Below, one piece after another: positions 36,333 through 49,953 of a stretch of DNA of 64,000 nt; the first letter of the stretch is position 1; every line of letters begins with the position of its first letter. Position numbers and translations under genes: made by a program. Under the pieces are notes generated by a model. That model did not search any database. It was not told the DNA's origin and was given only the letters and a program-made list of their open reading frames with translations. This DNA is from Podarcis vaucheri. Lineage: Eukaryota. The DNA lies in NCBI GenBank assembly GCA_965113315.1, contig OZ220365.1; one strand, given 5' to 3'.

Positions 36333-39300
36333 CTGGGCAGATAAAAGGAGGCAACAGGTGGACCATTTGTTAAATGTGCAAGATACTAAGATTGCATATG
36401 CACACAGAGGAAATCTGCCACTGACTTACTAAGATAAAGACTTCAGGGCCTCCTGATATGGACCAGATTGCTTCTGATCTGGCAATGGCAGTAAAACATG
36501 CCTTCAGTTAAAGGCCACGCAACACGCTCATCATCAACCCAAGAGAAAAGCCTGTGTATCCCTGTACCACAAGGTCAACAAGCTTTTCAAAAGGATGGTG
36601 AAGTTTTCCTACCAATGCAAACAGCAGCTCTGAAAGCTATTTTTGGCAGGGGTGCAGCATGGGAAGAAAGGGTTAAGAGTCTCCTCTTTGCCTGCTGTGA
36701 TCCCAATAATTATTAACCCAACTCACCTACCATTTTCATTTTTAAAAGCATGTATGTTAAATGCAAAAACACATTTGATGTCCTGTCTAGTTTGGCCCTA
36801 AGCCAGCTCCTGTTAAAAGGTAGTGGGGAAATTGGTGTGTGTGTATCAGCTGGAGCGTTTTGGCCTAGCTGTTGAGCTGGCAAGGAATGTGCACGATAAT
36901 TCTCAGAAGTGGGATCCTGGCGCAGGCCTATTTCTTTACCATCCTGATTTCAGTTATTAATTCTAAAATGTACAGCCAGCTTTTCCTGACAGCCATCACT
37001 GTGCAGGAACAAGACTTGCAGGCAAGCAAAAAAGCATCACTGCCATTGAGACTTCCTATAACCATTCAGGATTAGTGTTGGGAGTTATTCAACAATATCA
37101 AAATGACTCTGTGGACTACGACCCTAAAGACACTGGAAAGGGAGTAATCTCCAGTGAACACAGTAGACATAACTCTGGGTAAACATGCATAGGATTGCAC
37201 TGTTAATCACTAAGATGCATGCCTCCAGAGACAAAAAGAGTGCTGAATTCATCTAATCATAGCAGACATGTATTCCCTTTTCTAACAGCCACTCACTTGA
37301 CAAAGGAGTTTCTCCTGTTTAATTCCTTTTGGGAAGACGCAGAGGTTGTGCTAAAACTTCGTCGGAAACCTGAACATGATAAGAAAAACAAACTTCAATT
37401 CAGTCTATTAAGTGGCATACATACATAAATATCTAAGCCTATTTCCCCTCAATATCCATAGAGCACACAAAAATCAAAGTCTTTCACCTTTCCTCAACAC
37501 TCATTTATTCCGTTCCTTTTTTACAGTGCTGTTTTCTCAGGCTCCATTCAGCTGTGATCTGTCCCACTGAAAGTAATGGACACTGCACAGCATTGCTGAG
37601 CTGTGTCTAGAATGACTAGTTCAAAATCTTGCCAAGGCAGCCCCAGAGCCTGGGTCTTGGGAAACAAGTCCACAAACAAAGGCAACTTAACACAGCAGTA
37701 AAACCACACAACAGGTAGGCAAGGTTATGCCCATATTTCACTGGGAAAGATCATAGAATTTTGGCTCCTGACCACCCAGACCAACCCCTTGCAATCACAC
37801 TACGAAGTTCTGAGAACAGAGCAGGAATATTGAAAATAATAATAAAATGCCTTTTAAAATATCATTCTGTATTTGTTTCAAAAAGGAGGGGTTACAGACT
37901 TTAAAGAAAAACAAGGCGAAATGGGAGGGAAGAGGGAAATGGAAAAAGCTCCTGCCTTGAGGCCTTCCCATTTCACTCCCACCATCCCCAAGTAGCTACA
38001 GTTGCTGCAATTTGCACAGGTAATATGAAGCAATGAAATCAGGTACTTGTCAAATTCTTACCGGGGAGAGAATGATTCATTTTACTTGATGAAACATCTG
38101 TGAGGGAGTCTAGCGATCCCACTAGCCTGCAAATGAAATAATATGTTTAACACTTCTCTCTCTCAAGGCGGCGAAGAAGAAGAAAAAGAACAGTCCAATG
38201 CTTATTTAAGTGTCATTTCTCCCTTTGTTCCATTCCCTGCTTTGGAAATTTAGAACGCACTGCCAAAGTCTCCTTCCATTTCTTCTGCTGCAAGCGTGCC
38301 ACTCTTCTATGCTTCTCCCCATCAGCTTCCAGCTCATTTTCTTTCCACTTCACAATCTCCAGGACACTCCCCACACACCACCTGCTGTAATTCAGCTTCC
38401 TATTTCCTCTGGCCTGTGTGCTCTCATCTAATCTCCTTTGCATATATGTTGTTTTGCCCTCCAAAGACAGATTGCTCCCCTCAACTAATCTAGTCAAAGA
38501 ACAGAGATGATCTATAATTTGGTAGCAGACTTGTGCTGGCACTCCTCTGGGTTTCCCTCCAAATGGATGGAAGTAGTCTGGGTCAAACTGTGAAGCCAAA
38601 CCCGTTTTGTCCCACTGTCATGAACTCTGCACTTACCTCTGCACTCTCGATGGTGGTGCAAAGACACCATATCTGGGGAGGCAGCTGAAGTACTGCATTC
38701 CTGCAACTGAACCATCATTCTTGCCATGAGGTTTGTCCAGTTCTATTCCACACCAAACCCCTGCAAAACCAGATGTTTTAAGAGAGTCACGGGTAGGGCA
38801 AAGATGCACTCTTTTCAGTTTTGCTGTTGATCACTACAGATCACAGAAGCATTCTGCTCTTGGCAAATTTAAATCTACAATTAGCAAATAAGGAGTAGGA
38901 ATTGAGAGCAGAGAAAAAAGAACGCCTCTTAAATAGATCAGCTTGAAGAAGCTATCAAGATGAATAAGCATTCTCTCCAAATGTTGCTTCAACTTTTGAA
39001 GTAGCACTTAATCTCATTCCTCTGTATAAAGATTTTAGAAAGGCAAGGAAAGCAGGGGAGGAGAGGCTTCTAAAGTGTTGTGCATCCTAGTAAGGTAAAG
39101 GTAAAGGGACCCCTGACAGTTAAGTCCAGTCTCAGATGACTCTGGGGTTGCGGCGCTCATCTCGCTTTATTGGCCAAGGAAGCCGACGTACAGCTTCCAG
39201 GTCATGTGGCCAGAATGACTAAGCCGCTTCTAGCGAACCAGAGCAGCACACGGAAACGCCATTTACCTTCCCACCAGAGCCGTACCTATTTATCTACTTG

Positions 39301-42300
39301 CACTTTGACGTGCTTTTGAACTGCTAGGTTGGCAGGAGCAGGGACCGAGCAACGGGATCTCACCCCGTCATGGGGATTTGAATCACCGACCTTCTGATCA
39401 GCAAGTCCTAGGCTCTGTGGTTTAACCCACAGCACCACCCGCGTCCCGTGCATCCAAGTAAGACAGTGCAATAAAGCTTTCAGAACTGTGGGCCTCTAAA
39501 TGTACACGGTCAAGGCTGCCTTCTTCGTCTTGATCCAAAAGTATGCAAGCAATACTTTGAACTGCTGCTGCTTTCATTCACTTGTCTTCCAAGATATAAG
39601 AACCTTCTAGTGTGCACTGTAAGAAGCAAATAAATTGTTTGATGGAGCTTTCTTGAAAAGTTATTTCCTCACAGGGCACCGAGAAAGTCATCAGACAGCA
39701 ACACTTTCATTTAAACACTACAGTATGTGTTGCATTTGCTAATTCTGAAGAAAGTTCCATAATGCCCTATTTCTCATGCTATCCAACTCCATTAAGACTC
39801 AACATTAAAATTCAAGTCATTTGGCGCTTAGGGTGCAGTTTTTAAGGGCAATGCTAATTACAAGCTGAAGCAGCCAGAACTCCATCATGCATTTAAAAGG
39901 CTCGGCTGGGGAAGAGTTGTTTTCTTCCTGCCTTCAAAAGAAATAGCGACAGATTCTCTGCCAGTTTATCAGCAGCAACACTTATGCAACTAAATATGCC
40001 TTGGCTCACTACTGAAAGCTGTCATCTGAAGTAAGATGCTACAGGGAGGAGTTTTTCTGCAAAAGAGCAAGCTTTCCCTGAGGTCAAAACACACATCAGA
40101 GGTTTTCTGAGATTCCTCCCTCCCCAGCCACCCATATCATTTATTTTAACAGAATAAGCACCATACGTAGTAAAGGTAAGTCTCACACACCAAAATAAGC
40201 ACTATACCTATAATCCCAGTGTCAAATAGTGGTGCTATTTGGATAATTGTTTTCAGTTCTATATAAACTATAAATGCCACCCCACCCCCCACCCCGAATC
40301 CAAGCAAGTTTAGGGTGATAATTGGGGTATGTGTGTGTGTGCAGAGCAGTGTGCAGAGGCAAAGTTTAATAGTCCCTAAATGCCCTGTGGACAAGTAAAA
40401 TGCGTTCCGTTTTTAGAGTCGCATACAATAGTTAATGAGCTTTGCACCATCTGTTGACTGGTAGTTCAGCTTGGAAATATCCAAAACAGGAAGTGCAGGT
40501 CACTTATGCTTCCTGCTCCTTGCATACTAAAATACAGTTTTAAAATTACTCAGATTATTTATCTGCAAGCACTATACACTTGACTGAGCGGGCTGAACAA
40601 ATGCAGTTGAATTTGTGTATGCAGTTATCAGAGGTCACACTTCTTCAGCAAAAAATGAAATCTTTGGTTTTATGCTGGCTGATATTTTTATGATGCCAAC
40701 ACAACTGCTTTTGAAAGGACACATAGCTCAGCAATGCTTTGCATGCAGATGGTTCCAGGTTCAAATTCCAACTTCATCTCTGCCATCTCTGTTTACAAGA
40801 ATCTGCTTTGAGATTTTATTTTACATGGATTGTTCACTTTATTTGTTTTGAATTTGTATTTTATAGTATTTAACCAACATTTTACATTGTTTCTTACTGG
40901 AAGCTATAATGTGAATTATTCTGAAAAATGAAGCCCAGGAAACAAATTAAATGCTTTATTTTCTCTGACAAAAGTCTTAGCTTCAGTCACAGATCTAAAA
41001 TACACTAGGCAATCCTAGTTCTGCCCTAAATGTTCACAGCAGAAAGCTTACCTGGTGCAAACTTAGTTGTCCCATAAAATCTAACTATTCCAGTTCTCTG
41101 TCCTACCACCAGTACTCTGTCTCCAATCTGAATCTCCCCTTCATCAAAAGGATTTCTTCTTGAAGATGGAAAAGTGTTGTTTCTTCCTGTTCAACCAGAT
41201 TTAAGGAAATGGAGAAGATATTTGAATAATGTAAGAGAAAAGGACCATTAATATTTATTCGTATATTGAACCAATATAGTCGGTGCCTCAAATAAAACTA
41301 AAGAAGATCTCAGCAGCAAGTCCAGAGAGCTAATCAAATATGCCTATGCAGTCTCCAGGTTAAGTTAAAATACACAAATTATATGGAATCAAGATGGGCA
41401 TACCCAAAAAGTTTTAGAAACTAAGAACTAGGAGCAAAATTGTAGCAGGCTATGGGAATCAGATCTCTGCTCCCATTTGCAATGGGAAATTTATTTCCTT
41501 CTTTCACTTGTGGGGTTAATTCATGAAGCCACAAAAGGCTAGCATCTTGGAAAAAGGGAGTTTCTAAATTAATTTTAGTATAATACAGGGGGAGACTGAA
41601 TAATAATTTAGAAAGCTACATGGAGTACTCACGGCCAAGTATAGACATTACTTCAAATCAAGAAGATGATGCAATTTTTTTTCTCCTGCAGGGTGAGTTC
41701 AGCTTCCCACTGCAAATGACAGATGCACTTGCTTTGGATTTTTAATTAATAGACAGCCAAACATATGCATGTTTACTTAGAAATAAGTCCCACTGAATTA
41801 AATGGGGCTTACTCTCAAGTGTGCATTTTTCACTCACACTCAGTGGCTGAGCTGGGCTGTCTACCTTTCTAACCAACTGTTTAAAATGCCACATATATGG
41901 GTATTGAAAAGTTCATTCAGCACTTTCTATTATGGAAAATCAAGCCAGTGTTTCTAAAAGTTGAAAAAGTATTCCAGGGATAGTTGTGAGAGGCAGTTCT
42001 TACTGACACAAATGCTAGCCAATCAGTGCTGTGTACAGCTGGTTTCTTCTGACAAGTGGTTGAGGTGGCTTCCCCTAGGCTGAATGCTGGAGAGAAGTCT
42101 ATATCTGACCTAAACACTGCAGGTCCACTTCCACAGCAGCTTCCCTTCTCATTTTTAGGCATGTCTATACACACACCTTAAGAACTGTATGAAAGGTGTT
42201 AGCCTGCTTAAATAAGTACTATAGAAAGTCACATCATAGTAGTTTTATGAGTGGCAAGTATCTGAGTATCCTAGAGCTATGAAAACACATACAGGTAGGA

Positions 42301-45300
42301 ACACGGCCTCTCCTACAACCATGTGATGATGCATGAACAGGAGAGGCAGTTTCCACATTAGGAAGATCTGGCCACAACAGGACCTGTTCATGCTGTCCAC
42401 AAGGTGGCACTTACCAAAATGGTTAATTCAGCCTTGTAATCCCACCCATACTCCAACTACAAAAAACTCATCTAGAAGTCTGCAGATGACTTGTTTTTAT
42501 CTTAATAGCTGCAGGAAGAAAAGACCAGATTCACACTTAAAGGAAATGGACCTCTGAGTGCCACCACTGTCTTCACATTACTATTTAAAAAGCAACTGCA
42601 GAGAAAGCATACCTTTCGTTGCAGCAGAATGGCTTTTCAAGTCTTCCTTCTTATTTTTCCTTGCAGTATTCCACTTCTTTGAGCAATTCTGCTTGCTGTC
42701 TAAAGATGTAGTGGAAGAGGAAGAGCTGTTGGATCCAAGGGAAGTTGCTTTTTCTAAAAAAGAAGAAACCAAAGAATTATTCAGACACACAAAATAAAGA
42801 AAAAGATGCATACAAGACAGGAGATGTCAAAGATGTCATTCACCCAAGTAAGAGAAGAAAAGAAACCATCTGCATAAAGCTAACTTTTCATGATGGTCAC
42901 CACTTAACAGTCTTTCAAACCCACTTTAATATTGTGTAATACTTGTAAGCAGGGAGCATAATTGTAAAAATAATGCCGCCTCAAGTAATAAAAGACATCA
43001 GCCTTTTGCTTTTGATAGCCAATCTATTAAATCTTTGATGAGAAACAGGGAGTGTGACATTTTGCGGGTGAATTATGAAGTGCGTGGATTAGTGCCTACT
43101 GCATGCTATTATGCACCGTATTAATATTAAAATCCAGTCTATAAAATAAGATTGGGAGGTAAATCACTTTCATTTCAATTTGTGAAATCTTGATGTTCAA
43201 GCTGCCTAAAGAGATTTATCTCTAGCTTTTCTCTTCATATAGCTTCCTCTCCTGCCCTATTCTAAGTTAAGATCTTGACCCTTGGTGTATCTCAACCATG
43301 AAACTGGATATGTTGGCAACAGAGCAGTCCAAATCCCCCTTGTGCCAGGCTGGCAGGCGAGGGAGAGGGCTGGATTGGGCGAAGATATCGCTCTGCTCAG
43401 ATCTCCCATCTAAGCTGGCCTCCCACCAGCCAGCACAAGCATCACTCCATAAGTGCTGCCCTCCCCCTCCACCCACCAAACCTGCAAGTGGGAGTGCTAC
43501 TGGTGGGATGCTAGCAGGTCACAGCCACTGGAAGGCCCCAGAAATGGGCTGCTCCAGCCACACAGAAGGACTGATCCAGCCTGGCCTGAGTCTGACCCCA
43601 AGCCTGTCTCACTGCTTATCACATGAAAGCATCAGATCCAATCACTGCACCAGCTCCAGGATGGCGTAGCCTCCAACATCTTTGACTCCACCCATCACAA
43701 GCTGCAGGTGCGACAGTGAAACTATTGCTCTGCAAAGCCACAGCAGCGGAGGGGAGGAGGTTGGATTGCAGCCTTTTACCTGTATTAGAAACTGCTGGGG
43801 GGCAGCTGCATGTACTAAGCTTTAGCATGGACCTGTATCCTTGCGGGATGACATTACAAAGAGCTCCTAAATTGCTACAGCATCTTACAATGTGTGACCT
43901 TAGAGTGTCCATGGCTATCATATGGGGAGGAAAGCCCTTGAATTTTGCAAGGCCTATCAAGATTGCCATAAGCAGTGGAACTTGCAAAGAAGGACTGAAC
44001 ATCTTCATTATAAAAAATCCCCTTCCGGCCAATAAAAATGAGACTCCCCTATTAAGGAATGCAACTGATTAAAGTGGCAATGCGGTCTGTGGATGCAGCA
44101 TCTAGAGATGTGACCTGGAAGGGTGGCCAGCAGAGAGGGACTAAGCATCAAATGAGTTGAGCTTTACCACCTAGTTCTGCTCTATTCCATTCCATACACC
44201 CCATACATGCACCACGTTCCTCCTTGTTAGGGTTGATCCACATTTACTTTTTGCCCCGCTCTTTCCAGGCAGAGCAGGCTCCCCAGCCCACCCCTGCCAG
44301 AGCTTCTTCTGTGAAAACTCACTCTCCAAAGCTGGATCAGAGCAAATGTCAATTCGGGGTTTTGCACAGATTGACGTTTGCTCTGATTTGGGGGTTTATT
44401 CTGTTAAAGCTCCAGAGGGAGGGGGCACTCGGACATGGAAGTTTAAATTACAGACCATGCCTAGAAAGAGTGGAGGAAAGGTAAGTGTGGATAAGACCTT
44501 AGTGAAGTGATCACAGGGCTTTATGGAGCCAGAATACAGGCACAAAATAGTTTTGAGTGGCATAGTTCTATGGTTCTCTTTGGGAGAGACTGTTATGGGA
44601 TTTCCCTTAAGTCACACCAAGTACAGAAGCCAAAAATATCTAAAGAACACATACCTTCTTTACCAGGTGGAGTTTTCATTCCTTCTTTGCTGCCCAAAAA
44701 TGTGGAATCTGGGGTGCTGTCTTTTTTCAATGCAGATAAGCCTGTGAGCCAAACCAAATCAATAAAACCATCGTAGTCTAGTAATAATTCTTCTACCTTC
44801 CAAAGAGCAAACATGCAGCAGGACAAGATCACCTACAAAATCTAACTACTACTACAAAATGTGTGAGTCTTATCAAGAGATTTCCCTCATCCTTTTACAC
44901 CTATGAGTAAAACAAGAACACCAAGTCTTATTTCCCCCACAAGAAGACAAAATACTGAAAAGCTCAGTAGTACAACTTATGCCTTGAATGGATGAGAGGA
45001 TTCCCAAGTTCATTCCCAGTTACGCGATCTCAGGCATCAGACTTTGAGAAAACCTCTGACGGAAACTCAGAAGACATTGATTCAAATGGCACTGCACCAG
45101 AGGGAGAAGAGGCACTTTTCTATGGGAAGAAGTAGTGCCTATTTTGGGCAGTGGGCTGTTAAGGCTACTAGAAACTGTTTTGTGGGCCCAATGTGGACTG
45201 TGGGCTCAGCAGCCCTGATTTAAACAATCACAATCTGAACAAACATGAATATTCAGAACTAAGGTGTGTTTCTTATTTCTTGCCCCCTTTCGGCACCGGA

Positions 45301-48300
45301 TTGAAAAAAAGTACTTAATTGCTATTTTATTTATTTAGTTTCTTTATCACCCATCAATAGGGTTACAGAACTTCTTTAAAATGCTATGCATGTGCAAATA
45401 TCCCACATGATACCAGGAGCAACATCAACCTGCTGGAACAGATGTGGGGAGACTGGATATTACATACATATGTGGTGGTTTTGCGAATCTCTTTACCCAT
45501 TTTGGGTTTTGGCATTTAAAGAATTCAGTTTAATATACAAAGCAGACCTACAACCCGGTCCTCAACTTGCTTTACGTGGAACAAAGCACCTGTCTACTCC
45601 ACCAATTGCTCCTAAAGAACTTTTAACATTCCTCCTCACATCAGCATGTACAGAAATAGCCACGCAAGGGCACACTGCCTTGGGCTTGAACATGGAAGCA
45701 AGGTACCTCCAGAGCATGGACAACAGTGCTGGCTGAAAAGCTGACATGCCAGACTCGGGAGACCAAAGGATGTGAAAATACCCCCAAACAGAATGACTAC
45801 TATTTATTCAATCACAAAGGTATTCTAATCACAGATTTCCCATATCGCATAAAGTTATGCCCCCAAATTTATTTGTACTAGCACCATCAACTTTTGAAGC
45901 ACTCAAAACTAGAGCTTAAAATACATTTACCTATAGAAGTATTTTACAATAGAATCAGTTGTTTTCCTAAGAGAATAGCCTATGTCAGAACAGTAGCATC
46001 CCTCATAATCTATGCATGGAAAATAGTAATCAGCCTTAGTAATGTTCCATGGGTCTTCTATTCCACATTGATAGACATGCCGCTAATATCAGAGAACAAG
46101 TCTGCAGCTGATTTTTTTGGCAGAAAACATAAAGGGCAGAACTTTATTATTTATCAACTAAATGCATATCTATTGGCTTCATCTGGCTGCTGAGCTGCTT
46201 TTTGTACTAATTCATGAATGTACTTTATTATTAGATGTTTATCAGGCCAGCCTCAATAAGACCAGCATGACAAGCAAGAACAAACATGTTTACATATCAA
46301 TTATGAATACTTTTCCGGAAGAAAATCTGACAAAACAGCCATTACTCAGAGAATTTGAATTTTAAAATTTAACCCAATGCCCCAAACCATGTCATTCCTT
46401 TTAAAAAGAGTATCAACAGGGGAAAAAACAGTATTTTTAAAAGCTACACTTAGTTGCCACATCTATTAGAACAGTCTCTCTCACCAGTGGCTCCACTGAG
46501 TCAAGGGAAGGTGGGGAACAGTTTTCCCATTAAACAAAACAACAAAAACCCCACCTCCTGAGAGCTGGACAGGCTTAACTATTAGAGTCCTAGAGCCAAA
46601 GTCTTTGTAAGAGGGGACAGGTTTTATGGAAATTTTAAAGGACAGTGTTGAACAGGTGGTGAGAGGTTGAGGTGAGGAATCCACAATTTAAATGTAAAAA
46701 AAAATCTTTTAAAATCTGCACCACTAACAGAATAGCAAAACAGAAGAGGGTGTACAGAACCGTATGAGAAGGATGGGATCCTAGCTCAGTGAGTGAAGCA
46801 CATGCAATGCACATCAACTGAGTCCATGGTAACTCCAAGACTCCTACTTGGAATAATGGAAAGCCATTGATAGTGCAGACAGCACTAAGCCACACGTCCA
46901 AACCTTTGACTTGGTATAAGGCAGCTGTCTACGTTCTATGAGGACATGATCTATAAAGGATTTCGCAGCTCACAACCAAGAGCCAACCACAACAAAAGAT
47001 GCTGCTGGCACTTCAGGGGAGGAGTCACAATTCCTGCCTTCTCAAATCCACAGAGGCCAGTGCGGCTGCATCTCCTCCTCATCTGCAAGGCCTGTTTGCT
47101 CCAGCAGGTGGGGGGCTAGGGCTGACTCTTCCCTCAGCACAGGAGCCCAGGTACATCAACGGGCTCGCAGGTTTAACAAAGGTAAGTATAACTAGATTTC
47201 AAGGCGGTTTCCCAAAGTAAAACAAGTACCACAATACACACACTCAAAACAGCAACATGTGGAAAAGAGGTTAAAAACCATCTTGGGAAAGCAAGTTTAT
47301 CCCTGATCTGACCTAAACCAAATATTATACATTTTTTAATTATTTAGCCTCTGACACAACACAGCACTTGCCTACAATGGGTTGTGATTTTGGACCGAAA
47401 AATAGGTCATCTTCCTAACATGTTCTTTGGCTTTAATGCTATCATGCTTACCTGAATTCACTTTGGACGTTATGTGCGTTACATCAATTTTCTTGGACTT
47501 GACAGCGGGAGAAGGTCGCGGGGAAGAAACCTTTGCATTCCTTTTGTGTTCTGAAGCTTTACTTATTTTAGAGAGAGGTGCAAAGATACCTGGCAGAGAA
47601 GACACACAAGAGAAATAAAAGCTATTAATTGCAGAGCTCAGCTACTCCTTGATAACCTTATTCAAGTATTTATGACTGTTCAAGTATTTAAATAACGGCC
47701 AAGTACCTGACACTTTTGTAGGCAGTCTTAAATGATGCTTCAAGTATTCTACTTTCCTCTTATGAATACAAGTTGAAGCACACTAAAACGAATACTTAAG
47801 CTTTTGCACAAACAAGCTTGCGACTGAGATGAGAACTGGCCTCACGACTTGTGTCCTAGCCATTTTGCCATCGCTGCCATCTTTCCTAACTATAGCCTTC
47901 AATTATCTTTCTTAAGAAATAGGGCTATCACAGCTAAGAGAGGGATAGAGCATACTGCTTACATTATCACTAGTAACATCCACAGCAAACATCCATCTAA
48001 ATTACTATCGCTATGGCAAGCAAAGAAGGGGACGCTACTGATAACTAAGAACTTAGCAAAACTATAGTTGTTGAAAATTGTTGACAAGAACCATGCATTT
48101 TATTTTAAGCCCAAAAGTCCAACTTCCAATCAGAGAAACATCCAGCAAGTGGGGAAAATTGCTTAACATGATATATATGTGGCCAAATAAAAAGGCATTC
48201 CATTAAAGCATCTGCAAGGCAATGCATCTCAAATAAAAAAAAAAAGTTATACCATGTTTTGGTGCACACTTGAAGTACTGTACTTTGCCAACACTTCCAT

Positions 48301-49905
48301 TGTTTTTTCCTTCAGGTTCATCCAATTCTATGCCAGCCCACTGTCCACTGGCAAACTCTGTTGTGCCACAAAATCTTAATGTGCCAACCTAAGAGGGGAG
48401 GGAGTAAAAAAGTATGCATCAACCTTTGTAATGGGTTATTTTAAAAAGAAAAAAGGAGCAGCAGTGTGAAGACTGAATACAGGTATCTGGGGGAGGGGAA
48501 GAGTTCAAGTGCAGTATTTTTTATGTCATGGATCTGTCCCACCCTAACGCAAGCACTCTTCTAAGAGACAACCCTTCAGATATTTGAACATGGCAAAGAC
48601 TTGTCTGCTGCTACTCCAATGGACTTGCATCACAGGAGGGTAGGTTTTTGGTTGAACATTCGCAAGATCAGCTCAACAGTGGAACCAGATATCAAGAGGA
48701 TTGTGGATTCTCTGTCACAGAAGGACTTCAAGCACAGGCTAGGCAGCAATTTGTTGGGGATACACCTATACTGAGCAGGTCACAGACCAAATGGCCTTTA
48801 AGACCCCTTGAGCTCTGATTCTCTGTAGAGATGGATGCTTACAATGTTTTAACATCCAGAGTCTAAGATGTAGAGATACCCAGCTTCCCAAATGCAGGCC
48901 TTACTCATTCTAACTTCCTGCTAAAGTAAGCATACTTGTAAAGAATGTAATACACAAACCAGAGATTTCTGAACATTTATTAGTTATTTTACAAAAATTG
49001 CATCAACTATAAAAAACCCACTTACAAATGATCGGAAATGTAACACTCTTAATTAGTAAAAAGCTAAATTTTAATTTTCCTCCAAGAAAAACTAACTGTG
49101 CTACTTTGAAAGTAGTTAACATATTGAGAGGCTAAGAATTAATCTGTCTTTTACTCATTTGTGAAAATATGAACCGGAGCAGTTATGCAACACAGGTATT
49201 TTCCAACAAATCACAAGTGCCTCAAGAGCAAAATCACACAGGACATTCCACTCCATTTTTTATATTAAAAGGTAATAAACCAATTGCACTTGTAGCTTGC
49301 AGATTCCCATATTCCAGTATTAGTCATTTAACTGAATTTCAGGAAGTTTCTGCTAGTAAGGGTAGATCCATATAGTCTGTAAAATTCTCGAAATGCAAAG
49401 AGTTCTTCAGTTTTACATGAGCAACAATGTGGGAAAACAACTTTTTGAAAGACCCAGTAAGTCACTCCGACAGTGTTCTGTTGATTGGTTTTAGGACACA
49501 GAACAGCTGCATCTCCCTTGTGTAGGCAAGGCTTATGACTTTTATATGTGGGTGTGATCCGCTGACCTATCCACGGGAAGCAGAGTTATGAATGCCCTTT
49601 AAAAACTAATCTCCACTGGCTCATTACAGCAAATGGCTGAGAAACTTTTCCAGAATCAAATGTAGACTTCACTAACCAGTGTTGATTTTTCCTCCTGCAT
49701 CATGTGTGGAGAAGATTCACAGTGGAAACAAAGCTTTATGTACAGCTTTCATTTCCTGTTTGCTTAGACAGCTGTGGAAATGACTTTATACGTTATTACA
49801 TTTCAGAGCAGAAGCAGAGTTTGTCATCATCTAAAAATCCCACTTGCACAGAATTACTGTGAATCTTACTGGCACTAAAACAAATGTGTTATATATATGT
49901 ATAAC

Positions 49906-49953
<48 letters not shown>

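Noticed and set aside
39330-39447. tRNA-like sequences here and at 54670-54786, 13267-13340 and 1745-1818
   Set aside because: They are SINE heads joined to SINE bodies and tails, not tRNA genes.
43298-44072. Three overlapping ORFs of 118-137 aa in CLIP4 intron 10
   Set aside because: No recognisable homology or motifs; lengths are compatible with chance in moderately GC-rich DNA.
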